Assembly: GCA_964016885.1 (NCBI GenBank)
Contig: OZ024747.1
Coordinates: forward strand, 51,398,001-51,462,000
Length of the DNA stretch: 64,000 bases
Direction: 5' to 3'
Source of the DNA: Eledone cirrhosa
Lineage: Eukaryota
Every line of letters starts with the position of its first letter. Position 1 is the stretch's first letter. The notes beneath the pieces were generated by a model. The model had not been told where the DNA came from and searched no databases. It worked only from the letters and a program-made list of their open reading frames with translations. A program made the position numbers and the translations under genes. Shown here in pieces: positions 30,590 to 45,398 of the stretch.

Positions 30590-31670
30590 AGAGGAAGAAA
30601 CGACCCCAGTAATGGATTGGTAGTTTTCTTTTATCAACCTCGATAAAGGCAAAGTCGAACTTGGCGGGATTTGAACTGAGAACGCGCAGAGTGGTGGGAC
30701 GAATACCGTAAAACATTCTATGCTACGCCTCAACGACGCTGCCAACTCACCATCTACAGGTTCATATACTCGAATACAAATTTATTGTCTAGTTTAACAA
30801 AATAAATGAAACAAACAATTCAGAAAAGAAGGGCGAAGAAACGAACCTTGTATCAGGAATATATGAGAGAATATTCTATGGGGGGTGTTACTGTTGCTGT
30901 TGCTGGCTATGAGGGTGATGATGGTGATAATAATTGTTTCTACTTTAGGCACAAGGCCAGCAATTACCCAGTGCATTACTGGTACTTTATTTTATCGACC
31001 CCCGTAAGGATGAAAGCCAAAGTTAACCTCGACGGGATTTGAACTCAAACCGTAAAGGGACGTAACACCGCCCTTTACACATAATAATTGTTTCTACTTT
31101 AGGCACAAGGCCAGCAAATACCCAGTGCATTACTGGTACTTTATTTTATCGACCCCGTAAGGATGAAAGGCAAAGTTAACCTCGACGGGCTTTGAACTCA
31201 GATCGTAAAGGGACGTAACTATGCTGGAAAGCATGGCGTCCGACCCTCTACCGATACTGCCAATCCACCGCCCGTGATGGTGATAATAATGATGATGATG
31301 ATGATGATGATAATGATCATGATCATGATAAGTATTTTGATTATGATGATGATGATGAGGACGATGATGATGATGATGAGCACTTTGATTATGATGATAA
31401 TTGTTTCTACTTTTGGCACAAGGCCACCAAATACCTAGTATATTACTGGTACTTTAATTTATCGACCCCGTAAGGATGAAAGGCAAACATGATCATTATT
31501 ATCATCTCGGATGCCATGCTTTGACGCATAGAGTTACGGCCCTTGCCATTCTGAGTTCAAATCCCGCCGAGGTTAACTTTGCCTTTCATCCTCACGAGGT
31601 CGATAAAATAAAGTACCAGTAATGCACTGGGGGAAAAAATTGCTGGCCTTGTGCCAATAGTAGAAACAAA
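30590..31670. mobile_element. Cluster of 5 SINE copies (4 minus, 1 plus) in ATT/ATG microsatellite
   Basis: Copies at about 30590-30750, 30930-31070, 31082-31272, 31397-31490 (all minus) and 31507-31670 (plus). Confidence 0.85.
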
Positions 31671-31778
31671 ATATCATCATCTACATCATCATGGCAATGA
31701 TGATGTAGATGATGTTTATGGTGGTGGTGGTGGTGGTGGTGGTGATGGTGGGGACGACGATGGTTGAGATGATTCACG

Positions 31779-31851
<73 letters not shown>

Positions 31852-32283
31852 CTATGTCAGAGACGACGACGATGATGTCGACGCTAATCGTTTTAATGTA
31901 GAAAAGTTCTGGATATGTTTTATGTTACAAAACAAGGAAGATATTTTTGTTATATAAGAAATCGTTTGCGGTGGATATATTCCTGATGATACGTTGGTAG
32001 TGAAAAATACAGCTGAATAGCTTCTGGCCACCACAGATGGATAATTAAGAAGAGAAGATAAATAAAAAATAACATACACTAACAATGTAGACTGGCTCAT
32101 TCATACACACATAGACACACATATATGTATGTATACCTGCTTATACACAATCATACACGCACATAACCATACATACATAGAGGTATAGAAGTGTACAAGT
32201 GTACTAAAACGCACTCACTAAATATATGTATCTTCTCAAATATACGCATTCTTTTATCTTTCACTATGTATCTGTCTCTGTCT

Positions 32284-32332
<49 letters not shown>

Positions 32333-32353
32333 ATGTATGTATGTATATATATT

Positions 32354-32388
<35 letters not shown>

Positions 32389-32938
32389 AATGAAAAATAG
32401 CGTGCTGTGTTGTTGAGAATGTGATACATATGAAGTAAAAATTAGAAAGAGAAGCTGGGATTATTCTTCATCAGTGATCTACTAGCCATCATATATATAC
32501 ATAAACACCCACACACACATACACTCTCCCCCACTCACACACACACACACGAACACACACACACGCACGCATGTGTGTGTATTCTGAACGTAGGTGTATA
32601 TGTGTGTTCGTGTACGTATTTACGTTTCTTAAACCTATGTTGTTAATTCCCCTAACTTAACTCACAGTGCAAATATGTAGAGTGGACGTAAATAAGTGCG
32701 GAACACTTGTTTGGGAAATTTCCATTTGTTCTATTCATCTGTTGTTATGTTAAAACTTAGAGAAGTTTAGTGAAAGTATCATTTGGGAGTTTTCGACTTG
32801 ATTATGGACTAATCATGCCCGAAATATTATGCATTATAGTGCTACTACAAACCATATATATTGCCCCTAAGACTGGTGATGCATACTTATTCTTATATTA
32901 AATTAAGTATATATGTTTATTTCTCTCTCTCTCTCTTT

Positions 32939-32969
<31 letters not shown>

Positions 32970-33030
32970 CATTAATGTATATATACGTACATTATGTATT
33001 CGGACACTTATACACTCATAAACACACACA

Positions 33031-33087
<57 letters not shown>

Positions 33088-33187
33088 TGTCTGTGTGTGT
33101 GTGTGTGTGAGTGAGAAAGATATATCTATATTCCAAATTATCCCCAATCAATTGTTTATCTACCAGCCTCTTTTCCTCTCTCTCCCT

Positions 33188-33343
<156 letters not shown>

Positions 33344-35321
33344 ATATATATTTATCCATATATATATATCCATATATATATATTTATTTATATATATCCA
33401 TATATATATATATATTTATTTATATATATATATATCCATATATATATATATTTATTTTTATATATATATATATATATATCCATCTATCTAAATATATCTA
33501 TATCTATACATCAATCAATATTTCGATTTATTGATGAGTCTCTAGAAATATTTTGTTTTAATCTTCAGGGAATTATATATGTTAGATATTCCATTGTATT
33601 TTATAAACTTATCACTTTAAATATAATTCTATTTCAGTGGAGAATCGACATAGAGGTGAAATATTAATTTTCTATTTTTCTATACTTCTCTACCATCCAT
33701 TACTTCTTGTTTTCGTGTTGCTGGGGCTGGTGCTGGTGAGGGATTCGTTCTTATGTGAGTTTTCATCAACCAGAGGCGTCCCAACGCCGACATTCTAGTC
33801 TCTCATTTACAAAGTGGTAGTAAGAAGTGGTAAGAAACTCTCAGGAGAGCTGCAGAACAGAAGGTCTTCAGAGAACAAACCCCACTCAAACGAGTGCTTG
33901 GTTCCTTATCATCACCTTATCATTCGAATATGATAATGTGCTGACGCAGTTAACGTGTCATTGTCAACGATGTGGTACGAACTTTAGACTGTATTGTTAG
34001 TAGAACAATATCTTCCCAACTTAGCCAAATGTTACTCTGTAATTGATTCATCATACCGAAGACCCTTCAGTATATATATCTACGTCAATCACTTTAATTA
34101 TATATTAAATTGAAACCCACATTTTGAATGAAATAATGACATAATGACTGTTTTAAATTACCTCCCCTTTCTTCCACATCACACTGAATGTTGATTATAG
34201 TTTAATTTTTCTTTATTGTTTCTCCAACGTATTAATTTCAATTTCCTCAAGTAATTAATGCTAATTAACTATTATTATTGCAGATAATTAAGAGTGAAGT
34301 ATTTAAAACAAATATTTCCTGTTTCGGATATTTTTGAGTTATACTTTTATGGATTTGCACTCGTTAGCTTAAAAAAATGTGACAAAAAAAAAAAAAAAAA
34401 GAAATATATTCAGCTAGGTATTTTAACCTTTATATTAGAATTTCTAAAAATTTCATTTCTTGACGAAATATTTAAAAAAGTTATTTTAAAAAAATCCAAA
34501 CAATCAGCTTATTACTATTTCTTGTTCTTTATTGATTTTATGACCACATAAGCCAAAATAGAGCCAAGCGCCATTTTGGAATAATTCTGCGAGAGAAATT
34601 CTATATTTTACTCTTATGTTCAACTTTATATCTTTTGTACTTTTGTTAAATGGCCTGGATTAGAAGAAAAAGAATTGAATGGTGATGCTGGTGATGAACA
34701 TGATGATGACGATGATGGCGATGTTAATAATAATAATAACAACAACAACAATAACAACAACGATTGAATAAAATTAAATAAAAATAATAGTAGTAATGTG
34801 AAGAGAGACTCCTGGAAAGACAAAAAGAAACACATAAATAAACGAGACATTTGTACCAGTTGGTATAATGAGAAGCAATTTGCATAATTGCTAGTAATTT
34901 CGCTTTAAGTTGAACTAAAAAGAAATGTAGAACATTCAGTGCTGTTAGAAATGGTGGTGGTGGTAGTGGCGGCGGTAGTGGTGGTGACGGTGGTGGTGGT
35001 GACGGTGGGGGTGGTGACTGTGGTGGTGGTAACGGTGGTGGTGGTGACTGTGGTGGTGGTGACGGTGGTGGTGGTGGTCGTAGTGGTAGTGGTTGTGGTT
35101 GGTGGAATAAGTTCCATTGTAAAACTTATGAAGTACATTATATACATAGGGAATAAAATGGCGTTGGGTTAACCTCTAACGACAGAGGGCCGGGAGTACA
35201 GGGAGCTTTTAGCAGGAATTATAGCATTCCCACACTCCTCAATGTAATTGCAATGGAACTATCACACCCTCTTTCTTTCCTTCTTCTCCTTTCTCTCAGT
35301 ATATACATACATATATATATA

Positions 35322-35381
<60 letters not shown>

Positions 35382-35402
35382 TACATATATACATATATAC
35401 AG

Positions 35403-35479
<77 letters not shown>

Positions 35480-35506
35480 CATATATACATATATACATAT
35501 ATACGG

Positions 35507-35540
<34 letters not shown>

Positions 35541-35801
35541 GGAAAAAATGAAACGAAATTTCATTTCCCACTCTTAGTACGGCTGTTACTTAAATATAAG
35601 TATGTACACATACATACATATATGTATACAGACGTACAGTAGTATGTATATATATATACATACATGCACACACATATATATGTACGTATGGATTCACCGA
35701 ACATTTATTATAATGCTCGGTGTGTTTGTAAACAAACATCCCGTATTAAGCCGTAGTGTCTAGCAACCATTGTTGCTCGTTTGTTCAACACTGACAAAGG
35801 A

Positions 35802-35844
35802 ACGCTGTACTAGTTTCCAGCTTATTAGCTATCGTCAGCAACGT
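35802..35844 (-). ncRNA. Minimal hammerhead ribozyme
   Basis: ACGUUG-CUGACGA-U AGCU AAUA AGCU G-GAAA-CUAG-UA^CAGCGU, with palindromic stem III ACUAGU. Confidence 0.8.
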
Positions 35845-36134
35845 ATACCTTCCTGCCAGATTGTTGAACGTATATACTTCCCTTATGCATATTAACGGCT
35901 GAGTAGCCCACTGTACTGTACGTCTGTATATATATATATATGTATGTACGTGTACATACCTATATTTAAGTAACAGCCGTACTAAGAGTGGGAAATGAAA
36001 TTTCGTTTCATTTTTTCCGTTTATCGTTTTCGGTGCACCCGGCCGATTAACCCACTCGATATGCAAATTGGGCTACTCAGCCGTTAATATGCATAAGGTA
36101 AGTATATACGTTCAACAATCTGGCAGGAAGGTAT

Positions 36135-36177
36135 ACGTTGCTGACGATAGCTAATAAGCTTGAAACTTGTACAGCGT
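36135..36177 (+). ncRNA. Minimal hammerhead ribozyme (inverted partner)
   Basis: ACGUUG-CUGACGA-UAGCUAAUAAGCUU-GAAA-CUUG-UA^CAGCGU. Confidence 0.75.
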
Positions 36178-36470
36178 TCCTTTGTCAGTGTTAAACAAAC
36201 GAGCAACGATGGTTGCTAGACACTACGGCTTAATACGGGATGTTTGTTTACAAACACACCGAGCATTATAATAAATGTTCGGTGAATCCATACGTACATA
36301 TATATATATGTGTGCATGTATGTATATATATATACATGCTACTGTACGTCTGTATACATATATGTATCTACGTGTACATACTTATATTTAAGTAACAGCC
36401 GTACTAAGTGTGGGAAATGAAATTTCGTTTCATTTTTTCCGTTTATATATATATATATAATATATATATG

Positions 36471-36665
<195 letters not shown>

Positions 36666-36835
36666 GAAGACAAAGAGAGTGATGTGAATATTTTTGCCTC
36701 TGAACCGAGGAGTAACGCCATCTTTCTCCCTCCTCCCGCTCTCCTTCATCTTCTCCCCCCCCCCTCCATTCCACATAATCCTCATCGCCATCTTCATCAA
36801 CACAGAGTAGTGTTCTAAAGTCACTGCAGACTTCT

Positions 36836-36910
<75 letters not shown>

Positions 36911-37214
36911 GTGTGCGTGTGTGCGCGTGTGTGTGTGCGTGTGTGTTCGTGAGTGTGTGTGTGAGTGTTTGTGAATGTTCGTGAGTGTGTGTGAGTGTGT
37001 ATATGTGTGTCTCTATTTCCTAATACCACCAGCTGTATGCGATATCTAACGATGGAGTGCATCCTCAATTTGACACATGTAATTTCCTTCAGTTTATACG
37101 AGTTATGCTAGAACTATTAACACTTCGATCAATTATCACATGGCGGGGTAAATAACCATATACAGAACCAATGACAGAGATTATATATTGCACAATTTAG
37201 TGTGTTGTAGCTCC

Positions 37215-38090
37215 GTCGGTTACACCGAAGACTGTTTCAGTTGTTGAATCTTCAAAACAGCCTTCTCGTGAAATTATCAAGCAAATGCCTAAGCATGCAA
37301 CATACAGCAGGTCTTTGAGAAATAATGGGCGTACTGCCAAGAGGTATATGCTTGCTTCGTAAACCTCGAAAAGGCATGACACAGCATTTCATGGGACCTG
37401 CTGTGTAAGATTCTGTAAGAATATGGGAGCGACGTACAGCTTATTGTTTCCCTGAATTCTCAATACGAATACCCTAGTAGTTCTTTTTTTCTTTTTTTGG
37501 AGAGGTGCGTATAGTCACCTCTCCTGTTGATAATCTTCATGGACAGGAGTGACATGGGCAGGCGGGTTGGAAGTGATATCAAGACTGGTGGATGTAAGGT
37601 CAGTTGGAACTTGCAGACCACATAGTATTACTTAACTCGTCAGAAGGGAATCACCGACATACAATTGATAGGTTTAATTCTGAGTTCTGTAAAACTGGAT
37701 TGAAAACCTATGCAGCAAATTTGAGACACTCGTCCACTTAAAAATGCCTACGCACTGCACTTTAGGTGTGAGTGGAGTTCTACTGAAACAGGCGGAAAAA
37801 AAAGTTCAAGAATCTCGGGGCTGTGTTCACGCATAATGGACAGCAGGAGCCTGAATTAAGTGCAGAAATTACAGAAACTGGTGTAGTAATGCGCGAGTTC
37901 CAGCTCTCGGTAATCAGAAGTGAGGTAGGTGTAAATGCCAAAGTGGCTATCTTGAATTTGGTATTCATGTCAACCCTTATTTATGGCCAAGGATCTTGGG
38001 TAATGACGGAATGAATACGATTGCGAATACAAGCAGGAGAAATTGGGTTCCTCCGAAGGGTCTTTGGAGTAACGTTACTCCCTAGGTTGG
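37215..38090 (+). pseudogene. RTE-clade LINE reverse transcriptase relic
   Basis: ACFVNLEKA, SPLLLIIFMDR, KFKNLGAVFT and LIYGQGSWVMTE*IRLRIQAGEIGFLRRVFGVT. Confidence 0.78.
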
Positions 38091-38149
38091 CAGTGCTACC
38101 AGGAGGCACTGCCAGTTAGAAATAAAATCTACAGACACGCGATTGAAAG

Positions 38150-38495
38150 GCTTGAAGACCAACTTCGGCCAACTCCTTATCAACCTTTTCAAGTTCCAAT
38201 TGGAATGGAAGCACAAAGGGAACTCTTACCTACTCTGACAAAACACCTGTAGGCTGGGGAGTTTGGAGAGATGAGCCCGCCTATGGTGCTCTTGGAGATT
38301 AGGGTGGTTTAAGATTTGTAGGGTGCATGAGTCACACCTGTGTGCTACTCTCCCTAATTGGGGGATTTAATTGTTATTTATATTAATGCACTCTTTTTTT
38401 ACCTGATGTTTTGTAAACCCCAATGTTCCTGGCTTTTGTATTGTCCTACACGTTTAGGTACCTGTGGCTAATAAAGAAATTATTATTATTATTAT
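38150..38495 (+). mobile_element. 3' end of another Tx1-like LINE family ending in (TTA)n
   Basis: 3'UTR motifs TGTAAACCCC, TTTGTATTGTCC and CCTGTGGCTAATAAAGAAA are shared with the other copies, followed by (TTA)5. Confidence 0.6.
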
Positions 38496-38499
38496 TCAA

Positions 38500-39065
38500 G
38501 CAAATATTCTCTGACAATTATTAACAATTTTTTTCAATAGACTACGATTATTTTTGAATATTCTTTAACACTTTTCTAAAATTCTACTGAAGATTTTCAC
38601 AACAAAATTCCGAAACATCAAAATGTTTTCACCATATTTCACCAAAACTTTTCTTCAAAAGATTTTCAAATATTTTCTTTAGATGTTTACAAAGATTTAA
38701 AAAAAGTATCCTCAAAAATATTCCTCACAATCTTTGAAAAAAAAAAAAACCCAAAAAGCCTTTAATCTAAACATTCTTAAAAATTCATCTAAAAATTTTT
38801 GAAAACATTTTCAAAACTTGTAATACATTTTTTTTAGATCATTTTAACTAAAATATTTATTTCTGATTTTTTTTAAAGAATACTTTTGATGAAATTATTG
38901 GGAAAAGTTTTGAAAAATTTTAAGAAATATATTGATGAAAATATTTATGAAAGTTTTTGAAAAAGTTTGAAGAGAATGTTGATGAAAAGTTTTTAAAAAA
39001 ATTAATGATTTTTGAAAAATATGGAGAAAACTTTAGGGAAAATTTTAATGAATGTTTTTTTTTAG
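38500..39065. repeat. AT-rich degenerate fold-back low-complexity region
   Basis: Left half rich in TTTTC(A)AAAA and right half in TTTTGAAAA; TTTTCACCATATTT versus AAATATGGAGAAAA. Confidence 0.45.
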
Positions 39066-39305
39066 TTTATTTTACAAAGATTTTACACGTTTCATGGGTA
39101 ACTGGACAAATTTTACTTTCGCATAAACTGAACAATGTTTTAGTTCCCCATCATTATCACATCTCCATTATCTCCTCTATCATCATTTCGACTACGATGA
39201 CCTAAATAAAAATTAAATTGTTTCTCTTCAAATGTGCTTTCGATTAAAATAAATAAATAAAATGATTTACCGATAGAGTATTACAGAGCGAGCAAATGGT
39301 TTGAT

Positions 39306-39339
<34 letters not shown>

Positions 39340-39381
39340 CAATATATTAATAAATGGAAACTATATTTATAAAACCATAAT

Positions 39382-39437
39382 TATTTTATTATATATATTT
39401 CAAGGGCAACCAAGGTGCGCTTTCATCAGATAAAATA
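39382..39437 (-). ncRNA. Minimal hammerhead ribozyme (family A)
   Basis: UAUUUUAU-CUGAUGA-AAGCGCACCUUGGUUGCCCUU-GAAA-UAUAUA-UA^AUAAAAUA. Confidence 0.78.
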
Positions 39438-39670
39438 CAAAATTTGTTTTATAAATAGTGACATAGCCGTGGAAAACAACCTTGACGGTTGAAAATTCGC
39501 TGGATATATATATATATGTGTATGTGTGTGTGTATGTATGTGTGTGTGTGTGTGTGTTCTCAACTATCTTCCTGTGTTCGAGATTTTCTACATTTTATAA
39601 GCATTTCAACTTACTCGATACTCCAATATTTATTTACACACACACACACACACACACTCACACACACACT

Positions 39671-39759
<89 letters not shown>

Positions 39760-40278
39760 GTGTTATATTAAAAATACCGCCGTAGTTGGGATCGAATACC
39801 AATAAAAAACATAGGATATTCCTTTCTTTACAGTTAACCTTTGAAAATCCTTATAGTTTCGATCCATTTATGTTCATACTCATAACAAATGTTAAACCTA
39901 ATAACAAATATTTTGAAGATCCAAAACGGAGAAAGCAGGCTTTGCTAATTTTTGATAAATGTTATAAAGATCATTTTTATATACATACCAGTTGCGCATT
40001 TCGAAACTTTTTTTAGTCATTTTCCTTATATAACGTGATGTGTATGGAATGTCAACACTTTTTTTCACTATATGAATAAGGATGGATTTGAAACTGGATA
40101 TATATATATCAAACTATTTAAACGTAATGTTATTACTCTAAGGACATACCCTTATTGAGTTCTTTGCTACTCATTCCTTATTGTAGGTCGACTCTGCTTG
40201 GTCACAAACAAAGCTTCGATTTTATTAAGCTTCCACTTGTATATATATATATATATGAATAAGGATGGATTTGAAACT

Positions 40279-40325
<47 letters not shown>

Positions 40326-40547
40326 CAAGGATGTATTTGAAACTGGTTAGACCATTACTGATCAGATTAGTCGATACTTGGCGTAGTAGAATATGGTTAT
40401 ATTATAATGAGTCGTAACCCCGACACCCTAACTCTTGCAGCAACTAAGGGGAAAATTGATTAGATCGAACCAGTGCGTTACGTATACTTTATTTTATCGA
40501 CCCCAAGTGGATGAAAGAAAGGCATGAATCGCAAAGGGCGGTGTCTA

Positions 40548-43500
40548 TGTTCTGCATAATGGACGGCATGGACTTGCTTCTCCAGGTGCCGCGTTGGAAG
40601 CCCACCGAATTTTCAGGGTTAAGTTTTGCACTCGTCAAAGTTTCATATTCCTCCAATAAGTTGCTGACCACCTCGATTTCTGAGGTGTCCGACACCATTA
40701 CGGTGATGTCGTCCGCATAAGACGACACTGCCTTTCCGCGTCCCAGTTCGAACGAGATGCCATGCAACAGCTCCAGCTTCCGCAGTAAAGGCTCGAGAGT
40801 CAATACGTACAGAAGGGAGGAGAGAGGGTTTCCTTGACGGACCGATCGGGAGATATGAAACGGTTCCGAAAAGTGGCAATTAAATTTGACCACCGAGCAG
40901 ATGTCGCTGCGCATTGCAGCAATCCAGCTTCTGAAGACGGGGCCGAAGCCAGCTGCCTTGAGGACAGCCTCCAGGTACCAATGGTCGACCCTATGTAATG
41001 CTTTCGATTGATCTAGATTGATCAGAGCCCCACCGAAGCCAGGTTTACACACTACTCTCTCTATGATGTATCGCATCAGGTGGAGGTTGTCGTGTATGGA
41101 CCTGGTTGAGATTACACATGTTTGCGCCTCCCCTAACCAAATCCTCGACGACAAATGCCAACCTCTTCGCTAACATCTTGGCCAAAATCTTAAACTCTGT
41201 GTTGAATAGGGTTATGGGCCTGAAATTATCTAATGTGTCCCTTTTGTTCTCATCTTTCCTTATCATCGTCACTACGCCCCGACTCACAGAACTGGGAATA
41301 CTCCCGTTCTGCTTCCAGTTGCAGTAGAACGCTTCGAGAAGATCGGAGACTCAGTAATGGTCTTAGGGCAGATCATCCAAACCGAGTGATTTCTGCCTCG
41401 TGCAGCTGACAAGGGCATCCTGAATTTCGGCTAAAGTTATCTGCCTTTCGCAGCCCTCAGCGTCGGTTGTCGAGAGACGCAGCAAGCCGTTGATGTATGG
41501 ATTGAAATCCACTACGTTCTCTCACCCGCCACTCCCCTAAACAACCGAGCAAATTGCTGGCGAAAGGCATCACTCATCCGCCTGGAATCGCTCAGCTCGT
41601 GTCCGTCTCAGTCCGTCAAAGGTGGAATTGTAGTTTTATTACCACGATGCGCCTCTGTCACGTGGGCCCTTCAAACAGCTTTGGTTCGCTCGTTTCTCAG
41701 AGCACGCGCCTTAGCTCTGACAATGCAACCTTTGTGTTTCACTTTGAAGAAATGGTCTAATGCCATTCTCGCCGCTAACACCTCAGTTGCAATGGTACTA
41801 CAAATAGCCTCGTCTAACTTATCTACCAACTCCCCCTCCTTTCTATTTTCTCTAATACTATTTCTTTGATAAACCCTATCGATATTACTCTAATCCCTCT
41901 TTTGAGAGCCCCTCCCCCCCACCATCTGTTGTTAACGACTTCCCCTGTCAACTTTTGCTTAACTAAATTGCTGACCCGACCCCTGTAAGCCTTACGTACC
42001 GGAAAGATGCTCATCTTCCAGTAATCAGATCCTAACCCACGTGAATTATCTAGGTCGACCATTCAGATCACAAACTTGTGATCTGATTAGGCAGCATGTT
42101 TAAAGCCTACATTATTTCTATCTACTTTTCTAATGAAAATCCTGTCTATATACGATCTAGATGACCCTCTGCGGTTGGTCCAGGTCCACACTGGCGCATT
42201 AGGGAAATCTAGACAGTTGGAACTGGCTGATCAGATCCTTGAGGCTTTTGCACCCCCCTCTTATGTCAGCTTCTCCCACACAATCCCAGCGTGCGTCTAA
42301 GATGCCGTTCCAGTTCCCCGTTAACAATAAAGCGCGAGACGTACCCAGAAAGGCTTCTAGGCCCCGGTAGGGGCGTAGACAACCACCAGACTAAAGTCAC
42401 CACCTTTGCTATTGTTCACGTCTAGAACCACCAACTTACCGTTCGGGTCCCACAAAATTGACCTTATCTCGAGACCAGGCATTTCCTAAACGGCATTGTC
42501 ACCCCACTCCTCATTCCCTGCCGACTAACATATGCGAAGATCCGATAGTCGTTGAAAATAGGAGCTAGTTCATGCGTGTCAAGTCGTAAATCCTGGTCTC
42601 TCTGACGGCAATTACATCCATTTCTAGAGACCTGCGGTCGTTGACCAGGTGAACCTGATTCCAAGCTGACTCCAAGCTAGGCACATTTAAACTTCCTAGT
42701 CCTAATATGGGCATGTTGGCAGGCTAAAAAAGAGAGGAAAGGTTTATTTACCTCGCGGAGGTATTTGGAGGTTGGGTGGTTCAATCTTCATAGTTGGTGT
42801 GGGGTTTCTTTTTAGAACCCCTTTAAAAGTCCCGATGTGGGTTTAACGTTCGGGGTTCCCACGACCCGAGGCAAGCTGTCTTCATTTGTAGGAATCAGGA
42901 GACATTCGCACCAGAAATAAATCTACCGTTATGCGAAATGTTCTCGATTCAATAATCTCCGCCTCTGTTTGGATTTCTTCACTTCGTGCTACGATGGCCA
43001 TCAATTTCTCGTTGCCTCTTCTCACAAGTACGATATTTTTTTATGTTTTGTTGGTGCGGCTTTATTTGTTTGCGCTTGGGTGACTATGGTGTTGATTGTT
43101 TTGGTGATATTGTTTCGGGTGTGTCTGTGTTTCTTGTGGGTGCAGTGTCTGCAATTTCCGGTGTCTGTGTATGTATTTGCTCGTGTATGTTTAGGTTGTT
43201 TGCGTTTGAGGGATTGTGATAATTGTGATGGTGGTGGTGGTGTTGGGAAAGTGTTCTCGTGGACCGTGTCTGCATGTTTTGTTGTGGGCTTTTTCTTTGT
43301 GCTTTTTTTTTTTTTTTTTTTTTTGGCTTATTTGGATTTTCCTTCATCTTCACAACTGGAAGATAAGGGATCTGTGGATGTAAGTGTGTCTGTGTGCTTG
43401 TTTATGTTTTTGTTCATGTGTGTATTTTTTTTTTGGGGGGGGGGTAAGAGAGCCTTCCTGGTTTCTCCCGTGGGTGGCCAATGTTGGTAGTGGCGTTGAT

Positions 43501-43865
43501 GTTGTTGCTGGTGGTTTTGCCGGTGCTGGTGTTGGTGGTGGTCCTCGCCCGGTGTCGGCAGCAGTGAAGACATTCGACCCCCTTCCACCTTCCAGCAGTT
43601 AAAGGGAGAAGGCTCGCAAATGAAACAATGCGGCCTCACTCCCTAAGTCATTATATGTAACACCGTTCTCGATAAAAATTTCAAAACTCATAAAGTTTAA
43701 ATATTTGAGCCAAAAGACCCAAATATTATAAAGTCCCCCCTTCACAGCGCGCAGAAGGAAGCCTTATGACCCTTTGTAACAAAAAAAACAACAATTATTT
43801 GAATGCTAAAAATCGAAAAATCGCTAACTGACGCAGCTCGTAAAAACACGTCCTCTCCGTCCGAC
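40548..43865 (-). mobile_element. Decayed, 3'-truncated Tx1-like LINE with internally deleted ORF1
   Basis: Minus-strand RT fragments (FRPITLFN, DQSKALHRVDH, YADD), ORF2 ATG at 42714 (MPILGLGSLNV) and ORF1 remnant RPHCFICE. The 5' end abuts a short (TTA) SINE tail; the 3' end is cut off by a SINE. Confidence 0.88.
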
Positions 43866-43871
43866 AACCAA

Positions 43872-44283
43872 TAATAATTGTTTCTACTTTAGGCACAAGG
43901 CCAGCAAATACCCTGTGCATTACTGGTACTTTATTTTATCGACCCCGTAAGGATGAAAGGCAAAGTCAACCTCGGCGGGATTTGAACTCAGATCGTAAAT
44001 GGACGTAACTATGCTGGAAAGCAGGGCGTCCGACCCTCTACCGATACTGCCAATCCATAATAATAATAATGATTTCTTATATAGGCACAAGGTCAGCAAT
44101 CTTGGGAGAGAGGAAAGTCGATTAAATCGACCCCAGTGCGTGACTGGTACTTTATTTTATCGACCCCGTAAGGATGAAAGGCAAAGTTAACCTCGGCGGG
44201 ATTTGAACTCAGATCATAAAGGGCCGTAACTCTATGCTGCAAGGCATGGCGTCAGACCCTCTACCGATACTGCCAATCCACCA
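43872..44283 (-). mobile_element. Two tandem SINE copies
   Basis: 43872-44058 and about 44060-44283, each with head and core, separated by (AAT)n. Confidence 0.87.
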
Positions 44284-44640
44284 ATAATAATAATAATACC
44301 ACCACCACTTCTGCTATTACTCTGTACATGACAACAATAAACAGAAGTACATAAACAATGATATATGGGTGAAGTTAGACGATATTATTCTTTCTATAGT
44401 TGTTTAGAGGCCACACAATCTGGACTATACCACACACCTCCACCCCACCACCATACAGGAGCGTTACATCCGTTTGTCAACAATGATATCGGGCGCCTAG
44501 TTGCCCGGAAGTAGGAGATTAGCAACTCATTAAATGGTCCATCTAAAATACACAGACACACACTGCCGCACATACTGCCGCCGCACACATACTGAAAAAA
44601 TATCTGGCTATCTATTTATCTACATAAACACACCGATTTA

Positions 44641-44722
<82 letters not shown>

Positions 44723-45006
44723 TCATATAAATCCACACACCCACACACTCATATACATCCACACACCCACACACTCATATACATCCACACACCCACACAC
44801 TCATATATATATGTATATGTGTGTGTTTAGAATAATGAAATTATAACGAAAGGCGAAGAAAGGTACTTAATTAGTTTATTATTTTATGATCCTTTCAGAG
44901 GGTTTATTAAGCATGATAAATAGTTATATTGACTAATTGATGGCGGTTATGGCACCACATATTACTAATCTTGTTGTCCTAGATCCATCTTACCGTCTTC
45001 CTTAGA

Positions 45007-45044
<38 letters not shown>

Positions 45045-45076
45045 GCTTATAAAATTTTGTATATACATAACTACAA

Positions 45077-45140
<64 letters not shown>

Positions 45141-45172
45141 GCTTATTAAATTGTGTATATACATAACTACAA

Positions 45173-45214
<42 letters not shown>

Positions 45215-45268
45215 CGGCGATGAATTAGTTTTGCGAGGTTTTTTATATGAAATCGTGTGTCGAAACAA

Positions 45269-45398
45269 ATATTGTTATACTTGGGGGAGGGTCATATTTG
45301 TGTAGTATTGCCAGATTTAATAACAGAACACACTCACAGTGAGTGTGTTCTGTTATTAATTCTGGCAATACTACACAAATATGACCCTCCCCAAGTAT

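Larger units (their letters stand above)
35537..36444. mobile_element. HHR-bearing non-coding element: inverted copy plus a partial tandem of a 422-bp unit
   Basis: Arms 35537-35910 and 36069-36444; the spacer holds a third copy of the terminal ~110 bp; (TA)n on both sides. Confidence 0.85.

Noticed and set aside
32460-32480. CTGATGAAG on the minus strand
   Set aside because: No downstream GAAA and pairing stems.
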